The notes beneath the pieces were generated by a model, which worked only from the letters and a program-made list of their open reading frames with translations, searched no databases and had not been told where the DNA came from. Both the position numbers and the translations under genes were made by a program. A stretch of 63,793 bases of DNA, filler included, from Octopus bimaculoides (Eukaryota): assembly GCF_001194135.2 (NCBI RefSeq). It is 4 parts of 4 records of this genome, joined end to end, with 100 filler letters (N's around TTAATTAATTAA, not from the genome) between each part and the next. Parts side by side here need not be neighbours in the genome. Positions count along the whole stretch, not along the records: positions 1 to 29,571 come from NC_068991.1; positions 29,672 to 59,025 come from NC_068988.1; 2 more parts are not named here. The stretch is one strand, 5' to 3'. Each line of letters opens with the position of its first letter. Positions within the stretch are counted from its first letter, which is position 1. Positions 24,633 through 37,038 of this stretch are shown here, piece after piece.

Positions 24633-26202
24633 GCACTCGTGATATCAATATGGGCAAACAACAGAGAAACGCATAAAATATTTTGTTTTTATTTACTTAA
24701 AACTAATGTGAAAATGAAGGAAAATTAATTAAAGGAACATGTCATGCATAAATGTAATATGTATATATATATATATATATATATACATATGGTATTCATA
24801 TATACATATATATATNNNNNNNNNNNNNNNNNNNNNNNNNNNNNNNNNNNNNNNNNNNNNNNNNNNNNNNNNNNNNNNNNNNNNNNNNNNNNNNNNNNNN
24901 NNNNNNNNNNNNNNNNNNNNNNNNNNNNNNNNNNNNNNNNNNNNNNNNNNNNNNNNNNNNNNNNNNNNNNNNNNNNNNNNNNNNNNNNNNNNNNNNNNNN
25001 NNNNNNNNNNNNNNNNNNNNNNNNNNNNNNNNNNNNNNNNNNNNNNNNNNNNNNNNNNNNNNNNNNNNNNNNNNNNNNNNNNNNNNNNNNNNNNNNNNNN
25101 NNNNNNNNNNNNNNNNNNNNNNNNNNNNNNNNNNNNNNNNNNNNNNNNNNNNNNNNNNNNNNNNNNNNNNNNNNNNNNNNNNNNNNNNNNNNNNNNNNNN
25201 NNNNNNNNNNNNNNNNNNNNNNNNNNNNNNNNNNNNNNNNNNNNNNNNNNNNNNNNNNNNNNNNNNNNNNNNNNNNNNNNNNNNNNNNNNNNNNNNNNNN
25301 NNNNNNNNNNNNNNNNNNNNNNNNNNNNNNNNNNNNNNNNNNNNNNNNNNNNNNNNNNNNNNNNNNNNNNNNNNNNNNNNNNNNNNNNNNNNNNNNNNNN
25401 NNNNNNNNNNNNNNNNNNNNNNNNNNNNNNNNNNNNNNNNNNNNNNNNNNNNNNNNNNNNNNNNNNNNNNNNNNNNNNNNNNNNNNNNNNNNNNNNNNNN
25501 NNNNNNNNNNNNNNNNNNNNNNNNNNNNNNNNNNNNNNNNNNNNNNNNNNNNNNNNNNNNNNNNNNNNNNNNNNNNNNNNATATACATACATATATATAT
25601 ATACACATGCATATATGGGTACAGGACGTCACCAACGATGCAAATAACGAAATGCGTAAACAACGAGAGAAAAGTAAAACAGAACAAGTAAACACAGTTG
25701 TTGGCTGTCTATCTACTTCTCATTTCGAACATTCAACGACAATATGACTCTTTAAAAACAGTTTCTCCCATAAATTCTGAGGGTCAAAATTGGGAACAAA
25801 AACATGACAATGGGAACATACAAGGAAACCAAACAAAAACAAACATGGAGGGTCGTTAAACCAGAACGAGGGTAAAATAGCGAACGCTGGAGAAATATTT
25901 TCTTTGAAAAGATAGAAGAGAGAGAGAGAAAAAAACGTCCGTGCAGGAAAAGAAAGATGGTCACGTGAAGGAAAGAAAGATGAACGTCGTAGACATATAT
26001 ATATATATATTTAGATATATATATAGTCGACGATGGTAACACGTAGCCATCGTTCAGCTTTCTTTTCTTCAATTTCTTTAGCTCAATTGGTAATCGCAGG
26101 GATGTGAGTCCGTGTTTCATGATTGGCTACTGACAATTCTTTTCCGCAAAGTATGGATACTTTACTCTGTTCCTACTTTTCTATCAGCATTATTCTGCAT
26201 TT

Positions 26203-26418
26203 AAAAGGCAGCGAGCTGACAGAAACGTTAGCACGCCGGGAGTAATGCTTAGGAGATGTTTCATCCGTCTTTACGTTCTGAGTTCAAAATCCGCCGAGGT
26301 CGACTTTGCCTTTTATCCTTTCGGGGTCGATAAATTAAGTACCAGTTGCATACTGGAATCGATCTAATCGACTGGCCCCTCCACAACAATTTCGGGCCTT
26401 GTGCCTAGTGTAGAAATG
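26203..26418 (+). mobile_element. SINE family B, full-length with TSD
   Basis: tRNA-like head with B box gagttcaaaatcc; attattctgcattt (26189-26202) / attattctgcgttt (26419-26432). Confidence 0.92.
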
Positions 26419-28179
26419 ATTATTCTGCGTTTGAGAATAAATCATTTCCTTATCTGTATCATATATATATACACGCATGCATATGCATATATCATATAAG
26501 TGTTTTGTGATTTTTGTACAGGTTGTGTTACATAAACAAAGAAAAAAATGGGTTAAATAACATTAAAACAATTATAGTAATATTTTTAGACAAATTAAAG
26601 AGACAATATCAATATAATATTTCATTTGAATATTTCTTTTCCCTTATATATAACCGGTTTCTATCATTCTGATTGTGAACTCTTCAAATGAAAATATTCA
26701 TAGCGGTTGGACTATATGTATAGCTGAAAGTTTTGTAGCTGGACAGTGAAGTAGGGTATCAGATTAACAAGACAAAAATGAAAGGATATGGTTTTTGAGA
26801 ATGAAAGTAAGAAGTCTTGATTTTTCAGTTTAAGTAACATGTTAGGATTTCTAAACAAAACTCTGCCTTAGACAAATTGATAAACAAATTTATTGAGGAA
26901 CCCAGATAGATAGGTCGATCGGTAAAATATTCCTTTCATATAAGTTAAGGAATAGTTTGTTGAACTTTGTTTTCAGATGAGAATAGCTATTTTACACACA
27001 CATGCACACACACGTACACACACACTCACACAGTACACACACACATATTAACTTGCACACACACATACACTTAGATTAATGATATATTATATATATATAT
27101 CAAGAAAGTACGTGAACATGCACGTGCCGGTCAATGTAAATGCATCCAAATTATCCTTTGGTCATTCAAATTCTTTGTCAACAATTCAAGCAGAGTTAAT
27201 GTTTTATAATAAATTGTATTTCTTTTTTTATTCATTGCTGTTCTGTGGTTCTGTCGGAGTATTTGTAAAATGTAAATATTTAAAACTTTTAGTGGTTCCA
27301 ATCCAGCAAATGTATATATATTTGTATTATATTATATATTGTATAATATACTAGAAATATGGACATCAATGTTTCGCTATCGTTTGGGTATATCAACAAA
27401 TGGTCTTTACACCATTTTACATAGAATCGTGGACAGGCAATTCATTCCGTTCAGGTACGTGATGCTGACAAGCCACAAACTATGGCGAAACATCGATGTC
27501 CATCGCGCCTGAATGGGACTGGAGTGGGGGTGAGTTATTTCGCCTGTTTATGACTTTCAGGTGTTTTAACACACGGAGCTTTGAGTGAGTTATTTCTACC
27601 GCGTCAATCCACAGCCTACCGACGAACAGCCTGGATGCTTAGATCGTGTATGTGTGCTCGATGATATATATGCATGTATGTATGTATGTATGTATATACA
27701 TACACACACACACATATATATATATANNNNNNNNNNNNNNNNNNNNNNNNNNNNNNNNNNNNNNNNNNNNNNNNNNNNNNNNNNNNNNNNNNNNNNNNNN
27801 NNNNNNNNNNNNNNNNNNNNNNNNNNNNNNNNNNNNNNNNNNNNNNNNNNNNNNNNNNNNNNNNNNNNNNNNNNNNNNNNNNNNNNNNNNNNNNNNNNNN
27901 NNNNNNNNNNNNNNNNNNNNNNNNNNNNNNNNNNNNNNNNNNNNNNNNNNNNNNNNNNNNNNNNNNNNNNNNNNNNNNNNNNNNNNNNNNNNNNNNNNNN
28001 NNNNNNNNNNNNNNNNNNNNNNNNNNNNNTTTTTCATTATTTATTTATTCCTTATCGCAGTCAGTTTTCTATAAAGTGATAAATTTGCCCGAAATAGTTA
28101 TGCAAGCATCCTCAGCATTTTATGGCATAAATCAGATTTTGAGAGTTGCAACTGATTTTTTTTTTTTTTGAAGACTTGC

Positions 28180-29345
28180 CAATCCTTAAATTTGAATTTC
28201 CTGCCTTCATCTAAATACATGAACCATTGTCTGGTCTACCACATTCGGTACCCCTGGGGTGGGGTTCTTGTTTGAAAAACTATCCCGAAATTCGAATGAC
28301 TTTCAAAGTCTTCGGTTACCTATCGCTTTTGATGTTAAATTGATTGCCGAAGATTTTTAATAAATATGTTGCTTTGTTTTGTAGTCAGATATTTCATTAT
28401 TTTGGAGATCAAAAGTAGAGATATATGTTAACACATATTGCAGGGATTTTACTTTTTTTTTTGAGATCATGGAGATCTAAATATTTTGCCCTTTCTATTC
28501 CACTTACAATAAGATGGAGAACAACACTCTTTGACCTATTATTTTTCAGTGCTTCTAATCTTTGATTTCATATTATGATATTTGATGCAATTGTGCAAAT
28601 CCATTTTGAAAGGAGTGTTTGTAATTACCTGTTGTGGATGGCAGAGATGTGAACGGAAGTTACTGTTTGGAATCTGTGAGTTTGGAGATGATAGATGTTT
28701 TTATTTTACTCATATTTATTTATGATTAAAATCTAAAAGTAGTAATTCTTTTTGATTGAGTTCCGTCGTATTAAATTCTGAAATTTCATTAGTATCATTT
28801 AAATCATCCGGTCATAGAATTAAACAGTCATTGATGTAACCTTTCCAATTTCCTTTTAGATACGTGTTGAATGTGTCTCCAAATATATGAGTATATTCTT
28901 CATAGGTTTTCTTTTCGATGTAAGCCATTAATAAGTTGGCGTGTGTAGGGCGAATTTGGCTACCATTGCTGTTCCGGATATTTGACGGTACATACTGAGT
29001 ATGAGAGATCAGACCTTCACTGATAAAGTTTTTTTCGATGGAATCTGATAATTCGACTTGGTATGCTTCTAACCAAAATTTTATTGCGTCGATTTCATAA
29101 TTATGGGGGATATTGGTATATAGATTAATAACATCAAAAGAAACAATTGTATTGTGACTCACTAAGTTTGGTAAGTGATTAAGTTAATCCAAATCACCTC
29201 GGATAAAACTTTGTATGTGCTTTAAGAAAGGTTTTAGCAAGATGTCTAGAAAATTACTTAGCATGTGTATTTCACATGCATGGTCTACTCTAACTGCTCA
29301 GGATTTCAAATCATCTGGAGGCGGCAGTTTGACATACGCAGATTT
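28180..29345 (-). pseudogene. Penelope-like reverse transcriptase fragment, decayed
   Basis: LSNFLDILLKPFLKHIQSFIR, VSFDVINLYTNIPHNYEIDAIKFWLE, PTHANLLMAYIE, WKGYINDCLIL follow the PLE RT motif order. Confidence 0.8.
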
Positions 29346-29671
29346 AGAATTTTGTGAATTTGGGGTAGATCATAGAAATCGCTAGTTTTACACTAGAAAT
29401 CGCTTATATAAATTCTTTCGGTGTCAACATTTCCGTTTCCACTTGATACCTATTTTATATAAAATTAGTATTGTGACGTGATAAAAGAGTGTATGAATGT
29501 GTACGTGTGTGAGTATTTGTGTGTATATATTTGTGTGTATATATTTGTGTGTATATATATATATATATATANNNNNNNNNNNNNNNNNNNNNNNNNNNNN
29601 NNNNNNNNNNNNNNNTTAATTAATTAANNNNNNNNNNNNNNNNNNNNNNNNNNNNNNNNNNNNNNNNNNNN

Positions 29672-29772
29672 CCTAAGGCACCTACTATGATAGGAATTGT
29701 TTCTGTTTTTAGATTCCACATTCGAGTTATCTCTATTTCCAGGTCTTTGTATTTTGAAAGTTTTTCCATTTC

Positions 29773-29777
<5 letters not shown>
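29672..29777 (-). mobile_element. R4/Dong-like family D1 fragment running into a gap
   Basis: Near-identical reverse complement of 46780-46885 (KEMEKLSKYKDLEIEITRMWNLKTETIPIIVGALG); preceded by (TAA)n on its strand. Confidence 0.9.
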
Positions 29778-29866
<89 letters not shown>

Positions 29867-29882
29867 TATTATCATTATTATT

Positions 29883-30390
29883 AGTGCTTTACTTCTCAAA
29901 GCGCTCTGGTAGATTCTATGAGAGTGGATAGCAGCCTACTGTCAGAGGTCTCACACGGTCTCTTTCTGCACGTTGTAAACTTTGATACTTGTTAATTATC
30001 GTGGGAGACATTCAAAATCGAAGTGCCAGCCTCAAAATCCTAGCTCTCCCCAGCAGCGCATGTTTTGGGGGTTTGCTCTGCTCTCATGTCAATTCTGATT
30101 TCTCTGATATATTTCTCGAATTTGGTTGCTTAGTGCTCCAAGTGCCCCTACAACTAACGGAATGACAGACGCTCTCCTCATAGTATTCATACTTCATACT
30201 AGTCTTTTAGTAGTTTGTACTTTTCTCTCTTTTATACTTCTTTGTCACTTATGTGTGAATCTCCAGGTATTACAGTATCTATGATCTTGGTTTCCGTTTT
30301 TTCTTTATCTACCACAAGAATATCTGGTCTTTGAGCCTCGGTTTGAGAGTCACGATGGATTGTAAAATCCCACAGTATCTTAAGTTCCTT
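29883..30390 (-). mobile_element. R4/Dong-like family D3, 5'-truncated (RLE domain plus 3' UTR)
   Basis: KILWDFTI..QRPDILVVDKEKTETKIIDTVIPGD...ALLGRARILRLAL; flanked on both sides by (TAA)n. Confidence 0.85.
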
Positions 30391-30391
30391 G

Positions 30392-30441
<50 letters not shown>

Positions 30442-30800
30442 CCACTTCTTTCAATTTTGTTTCCACTCCTTGCCAAGTGTCTCCCCGACAAGACACCTAG
30501 GCCAAAGACACTCGCCGAATACTTTGGTAAGCCATTAAAATAAAGACACCAGATTCTTCATTTATAAAGTCATATCATAGAAAAAACGGAGAAGAAAGAG
30601 TGAGAAAGGAAAGAAGAAATGACAAGATGAAAACGGAAAACAAAAAATAAAGGTGGGGAAAGGAAAGAAAATTCACAGCAGCAAAACACTTCCCAATACG
30701 TGTGATGTACTTTTGTTAAATTAATNNNNNNNNNNNNNNNNNNNNNNNNNNNNNNNNNNNNNNNNNNNNNNNNNNNNNNNNNNNNNNNNNNNNNNNNNNN

Positions 30801-30973
30801 NTTATAATTCCAAGTCCTCCTACAATCACTGGTATTGTAACTGTCTTGAGAAGCCACATCTTTCCGATTTCGATTGGCAAATCTTTATATTTTCTGAACT
30901 TATCAAATTCTTTTGCCGAGATAATATGGTCACAGGGTATGCTCATGTCAATCAATAAACAGACTTTATTGTT
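30801..30973 (-). mobile_element. R4/Dong-like RLE fragment, further family
   Basis: NKVCLLIDMSIPCDHIISAKEFDKFRKYKDLPIEIGKMWLLKTVTIPVIVGGLGII. Confidence 0.85.
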
Positions 30974-31166
30974 TGGGGTGGCGACCTCTGTTGTACTCTT
31001 TCGCCCCAACTTTCTCTCACTCTTTCTTCCTATTTCTTGAGTAACGCTGCGATGGACTGGCGTCCTGTCCAGCTGGGGGGGGGGGAACACATACGCCATA
31101 GAAACCAGGAAACCGGTCCCCTGAGCCTGGCTAGTCTTTAAATGGGCGCATAAATAAAAAATAAAA
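30974..31166 (+). mobile_element. 5'-truncated SINE: family C core plus a different (V/Meta-like) tail
   Basis: tgtactcttt..ccccaactttctctcactctttcttcct shared with 36855-36899, then gctgcgatggactggcgtcctgtccagctgggg...agaaaccaggaaaccgg and an A-rich tail. Confidence 0.75.
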
Positions 31167-32529
31167 ACCTAGTTAGTTATACAGCATAGTTGACAATATA
31201 TACTTTAAAACAACCCTTTCACGGATAATAAAGGCAGAATGCTAACTACTTGACTCGAACCAGCAACTACTGACTCTTACTTCAATATCTCTACTTTGTG
31301 GCCCTAATAGAATTTTGAAATATTGTTTGGAGAAATCTGAAATGAACTAGCAATATGGGTTCAGAAACCAGATCTTTTAGACACTGTGGTTTATTTTTAT
31401 AACCTGATTTTTTTTAAAAAAGAATGTATCTTAGAATTTATGTTTCAACTGGTGTGAAACCGTAGCACAATATGACCTGTTGTATACTGGAATACAACTA
31501 ATATTAAAGCAAGAATAAAAAAATAATGTTAGATTATTCAGTTAATAATTTAAATTTTCTGCACTTTTTTCTTTACCCATCAGATACTATCCTAGACACC
31601 ATTATAAGCAGCGGATGTAAATATTCATTATGTCTTGACTATTCTCAAACTTCTCCTTCATACACCAATTTATCTCGTCAAAAGTCTACCAGATAGTGAA
31701 CTCGCATCAGACCATTTTATTTATTTATTTTGCTATTTATCTTATATCATCTAATTTATACCGCTTAATCATAGAATCACATAAGCCAGAGATGAAAGTA
31801 TATCCATCATCGGAAAATAACTTGCATACAAGAAAGTATAGAAGTTGTTGCTAAGTAACCATGTGTAGAAAATATTTTGGGATACATGGCGGAAATAACT
31901 TGCGGGTACACAGTTATAACAGTCATCGTTTTGCTTTAATGTGAGAAATAGCATCAACATGATCATTCCTGTTCCTTTGAACCCAGTTATCTCCCGTGTT
32001 ATTACATATTTCGTTTGGTCGGTGATTATTATGATTAGCTTTAGAACTAACACTAGAAGATTCTATTTTAGAACTTTCACTTCTGATCGAGCGAATTATT
32101 ATTTTAAATTGTTTTTTCTTTTTCCTATTTTGTATTATTATTATCATTCAGTAGTGTTATTTTTACTTCATGTTTACATTGCACAACAGCGTAACTTTGT
32201 AGGACTTGGATATGTGCAAGTGTGTTACTTGCAGTGTTGGATTCTCCATTGTACCGATTGTAACGTAACTTCACGTAATAATATATGAAGTGCCAAGAGA
32301 TGTTATTTCCTGTACAGTGTATTTATAGGTAACTTTACATAATAAGTAACTCAACATAATATATATGCTGCTTTCAGTTTATTCGCTGATCTATAATCAA
32401 AGGTTTTTGAGGCAATACTTTTGAAGTATCTAGAAATGCATTATCCACCGTGTCCTTCCTTTTACTCTTTCATGACAATAAAGAATAATTTAAGGCGATT
32501 TGGTCCTTATTTCTAGAAAGTCGTGCAAT

Positions 32530-33000
32530 CATCCTGGAGTCTCGTTATATTTTTCTATATGCCGTTCATATTTGTAAGTTCTAGCATTATCGGGAGCAAC
32601 CTGGGATCTCCTTACGTTTTTCTATACGTTCTCAATATTTGTAAGTTTATCTATATGTCTGTCATGTTTGAAAGTTCTAGATTTTTGCTCATAGTTTACA
32701 TTGTTCAATTAGTAATTTATATGACACCTATGATTATTAGGACTGTTTTTGTTCTGAAGCCCTATTTCGAGTTTTAGAGCCATAATTTCTCCATTTGATT
32801 TAGGGATACATTTTTCTCTATAAGTATTGATACCTCAATCAAAAAGTATTCTCTTTCTCTTTCCTTGTAATCTTTGGACATAATATCCAGCCGATTATTT
32901 GATATTGCTATGTGAAGATGTGTGTACCAGATTATAATCCGCCTATGCAGTGTATAAACTCTGGGACCATTCCTAGTGTTCGTTTATACTATCTCCTCTC
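32530..33000 (-). mobile_element. Highly decayed R4/Dong-like RLE region
   Basis: NRLDIMSKDYKEREREYFLIEVSILIEKNVSLNQMEKL...TKTVLIIIGVI resembles the D1 RLE peptide. Confidence 0.55.
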
Positions 33001-33777
33001 TATCGGAATTTATAATTGTTATTATATATCACAACCGTTGTTTTGGTTTCGTTGTAGTCACTATTGTTGTAGCTGTTAGTGTAAAAGTTATTTTCAAAGT
33101 AATACTTCAAACGGTTTTAAACTCGTTGGCTTCAGCAAAAATATTTTTCATTTTAATGTACTATATATTTTCTTAACTAGAGATGACTCTACAACGCTAT
33201 TTTTTTTAACTAAATTCAGATCTCAAGATACTAAATTCTTTCACTTCGTATTTCCATTTCTGCTTTCATGTACACAATTTTTCCTATCAGAAACAATGTC
33301 AGTTTATGTACAGGACGAGGGGCCTCTTCTGAGCAAAGTTTAGCCTTAAATATTGCCAAGTACAAATTTAGTTGACACATACTTAAATTCATGTAAACTA
33401 AAAGCAAACTGTCTCAGCATAAACAGTTTTCATAAAATACACAAAACTGAATAAAAGCCGGTATGTAATGATGAGAAAGGAATTATAAACGCAAAGCCAT
33501 ACAGCAATATCTTAACCAATAAGATTCAGTGCACGAAACGTTGTAATTCTCTCCTCCCCTTCATCAACTTCTCGCCTCCTTTTCACAACAGACTAACACT
33601 GATTATCACTTGCTACTGTATGTGAAATAGGCCTCCATTTTCGATACTGAAATAATTACTATATTCGTGGAACATCTCTCTTAACTCATGTCTTTCTTTA
33701 ATGTTTCCGACCTCGACGCACACAGATACATCTATATACATATATGTATGTATATACATACAACGTACTCGCATATG

Positions 33778-33817
<40 letters not shown>

Positions 33818-34171
33818 TATGTATATATATATANNNNNNNNNNNNNNNNNNNNNNNNNNNNNNNNNNNNNNNNNNNNNNNNNNNNNNNNNNNNNNNNNNN
33901 NNNNNNNNNNNNNNNNNNNNNNNNNNNNNNNNNNNNNNNNNNNNNNNNNNNNNNNNNNNNNNNNNNNNNNNNNNNNNNNNNNNNNNNNNNNNNNNNNNNN
34001 NNNNNNNNNNNNNNNNNNNNNNNNNNNNNNNNNNNNNNNNNNNNNNNNNNNNNNNNNNNNNNNNNNNNNNNNNNNNNNNNNNNNNNNNNNNNNNNNNNNN
34101 NNNNNNNNNNNNNNTATATATACATATATACATATATGTACATATATATATGTACATATGCATATATTTTC

Positions 34172-34210
<39 letters not shown>

Positions 34211-34543
34211 GAGAGAAAGAGAGAGAGAGAGATTCAGTACACTTAATACATATTCGTGAAATCAGGTAAACAGAATTGAATTAAAAATTCTAATTCAATT
34301 TTATACTGTCTACTTTCAGATTCATTAGATTTACAATCCAATATATTCTCATTTAGATTATATTATGTTATAATTTTACTTATTAATCAAAGAGCCATTT
34401 TAATTCAACGATTGGTTTTACATAAACTTTTCTTTTTTTAATTGGAGAAAATTAAATGAAGATATATAATCTTCTGAATTATATCTTCATGCTTACTCAC
34501 TCTTATGTATTCATTAGCTGTATAATCCAATAATGATGATGAC

Positions 34544-34580
<37 letters not shown>

Positions 34581-35634
34581 GCAACAGCAAAAGGGCATCG
34601 AATTCGTGGGCTGTTATTTAAGTTTTTCGAGGAAATACTACACGTACACATACTAACAAGCAAAAATACACACAAGTATACTGCTTATTCCGAGCATTCT
34701 GATACGAACAAGGAACCCTGACTATGCATGCTTGTGTGGTGTGTGTGTGAGAGAGATTGTTTGTGAGTAAGTGTGTGTGCGCGTATATGTGTATGTGTGT
34801 TTGTGTGTGACAGAGACAACCAGAGAGAGAGAGAGATAGAGCTCTGTCTACAAAGAGATCGGGTCTTTTACGTTCAATTCAATAATGATATGTTGCTCCA
34901 AAGTGTCTTTCCACATTTAAGTGCAGCCCAAATCACGTTTTTGAAGGTAGGTGTGCATTTCTTTTATCGAATTTCTACACTTTCTTCAAAAGCATGTGAG
35001 CTGTCTAAAGGATTCTCCGGAATAAAATACGACATCGACACAGAATTCGATTAGCAAAAGAAACATTGGGGCGAATGTACCAACATCCCTTAGTCAATGA
35101 TAATGACACCCTCTTAATAACAAAAACACGGTGAAAAATATGTTTTGAAGGTAAGCTATATATATGATGTGTGTAGGTATATATATATANNNNNNNNNNN
35201 NNNNNNNNNNNNNNNNNNNNNNNNNNNNNNNNNNNNNNNNNNNNNNNNNNNNNNNNNNNNNNNNNNNNNNNNNNNNNNNNNNNNNNNNNNNNNNNNNNNN
35301 NNNNNNNNNNNNNNNNNNNNNNNNNNNNNNNNNNNNNNNNNNNNNNNNNNNNNNNNNNNNNNNNNNNNNNNNNNNNNNNNNNNNNNNNNNNNNNNNNNNN
35401 NNNNNNNNNNNNNNNNNNNNNNNNNNNNNNNNNNNNNNNNNNNNNNNNNNNNNNNNNNNNNNNNNNNNNNNNNNNNNNNNNNNNNNNNNNNNNNNNNNNN
35501 NNNNNNNNNNNNNNNNNNNNNNNNNNNNNNNNNNNNNNNNNNNNNNNNNNNNNNNNNNNNNNNNNNNNNNNNNNNNNNNNNNNNNNNNNNNNNNNNNNNN
35601 NNNNNNNNNNNNNNNNNNNNNNTATATATTATAT

Positions 35635-36120
35635 ATATAAAATACAAAATGGGACAAGAACGCAAAACATCCAGACAGTTAGGTGATGCAAAAAATGGGA
35701 CAACAAAACATCCAGATAGGCAATACACAGAAAACAAGGACGGGTCATTCGGAGTTTTCTTTCCTCAGTAGATTTCCAGATTATCTTTGCAATTTCGGCT
35801 GGTTATACTCGAGATTGCTCCAATCCGGCCAGCCTCAAGGAAAAACTATGCTAAGAGCGTTAGATTCCTTGAAAGAAAGCAGCGAATGTATACGAAAACG
35901 AGGACGGAAAATAATGGAGAATGTTACACAAATACAAATAACAGGAGATAACAACAGATGTCTTTCGACTAAGGACGAATTGAATTAAGCTGGCATGTGT
36001 GGAAGTAAAGCCTTACGGCAGGGATACAAGATTTTACAGGCCCAGGGAGGAATATAGATGCTGCACGGACGTCGGCCGAACCAAGAAAAAAAGTCAAGCT
36101 TGGCCGAACACTGGTGACGT
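35635..36120. mobile_element. Dispersed repeat 'F', copy 1 (possible PLE-type terminus)
   Basis: 35635-35791 matches 36408-36563; the minus strand has ccttga-ggctgg...ccagcc-gaaa, a degenerate relative of the 39/62 kb hammerhead. Confidence 0.6.
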
Positions 36121-36407
36121 GAGGAGAGGAGAGAGGTAGAGGAACAGAAGAAATAAGGAAAGTCGAGAAAAAATTACAGAGACACAGTGAAGTGAAAAAA
36201 GAAGGGAAAGTGAGCATGAAGAGAAGGCAACGAAATGTGAGAGAGGGAGGAAGAAATAACGAAGAGTGAAATGAACGAAGTAAGCGTGAAAGGGCTGATA
36301 GAAAGAAGGAAAGAATAATACAAAGAATAAAGACGTACAAGATTTAGATAAATATAAACTTACATATAAACGACCAAAGTGTACGTACGCCTCTATGTGT
36401 TTTATAT

Positions 36408-36592
36408 ATAAAAAATACAAAATGGGACAAGAAAGCAAAACATCCAGACAGTTAGGTGATACAAGAAAGGGACAACAAAACTTCCAGATAAACGATAAAA
36501 AGAAAACAAGGACGGCTCATGCGGAGTTTTCTTTCCCCAGTCGAGTTCCAGATTATCTTTGCAGAGCAATCTCGAGTATAACCAGCCGAAAT
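36408..36592. mobile_element. Dispersed repeat 'F', copy 2, ending in a 29-bp inversion
   Basis: 36564-36592 is the exact reverse complement of 35792-35820. Confidence 0.75.
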
Positions 36593-36709
36593 ACATAGTG
36601 AAAAATCATTGTTGCTGAGACATATGGTGCTGAATATTGTCTGACAATCATTCTGTATATAATCAGTTTTGATTCTGGAGAATACACATTACATATACAC
36701 ATATACGGT

Positions 36710-37038
36710 GGAGGCGCAATGGCCCAATGGCCCAATGGTTAGGGCAGCGGACTTGCGGTCATAGGATCGCGGTTTCGATTCCCAGGCCGGGCGATGTGAG
36801 TGTTTATTGAGCGAAAAACACCTAAAAGCTCCACGAGGCTCCGGCAGGCGAACCCTGCTGTACTCTTCCCCCACAACTTTCTCTCACTCTTTCTTCCTGT
36901 TTCTGTTGTTCCTGTATTTCAAAGGGCCAGCCTTGTCACACTGTGTCACGCTGAATATCCCCGAGAACTACGTTAAGGGTACACGTGTCTGTGGAGTGCT
37001 CAGCCACTTGCACGTTAGTTTCACGAGCAGGCTGTTCC
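36710..37038 (+). mobile_element. tRNA-derived SINE family C (runs into a gap)
   Basis: ggaggcgcaatggcccaatggcccaatggttagggc (A box with 8-bp duplication) ... ggtttcgattccc (B box). Confidence 0.88.

Noticed and set aside
27435-27535. Segment with an acceptor-like ttcag and donor gtgagt (VRDADKPQTMAKHRCPSRLNGTGVG)
   Set aside because: Weak acceptor and unrecognised peptide; expected by chance in 64 kb.
29616-29627. TTAATTAATTAA island inside a gap (also 59070-59081 and 61321-61332)
   Set aside because: Each sits in the middle of a 100-base block (44 N on each side where counted) and encodes stops in all six frames: an artificial scaffolding spacer, not biology.
31769-32288. Short ORFs in a unique-looking island (e.g. 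DCYNCVPASYFRH)
   Set aside because: No recognisable domain, no convincing splice pair, and stops in the extended frames.
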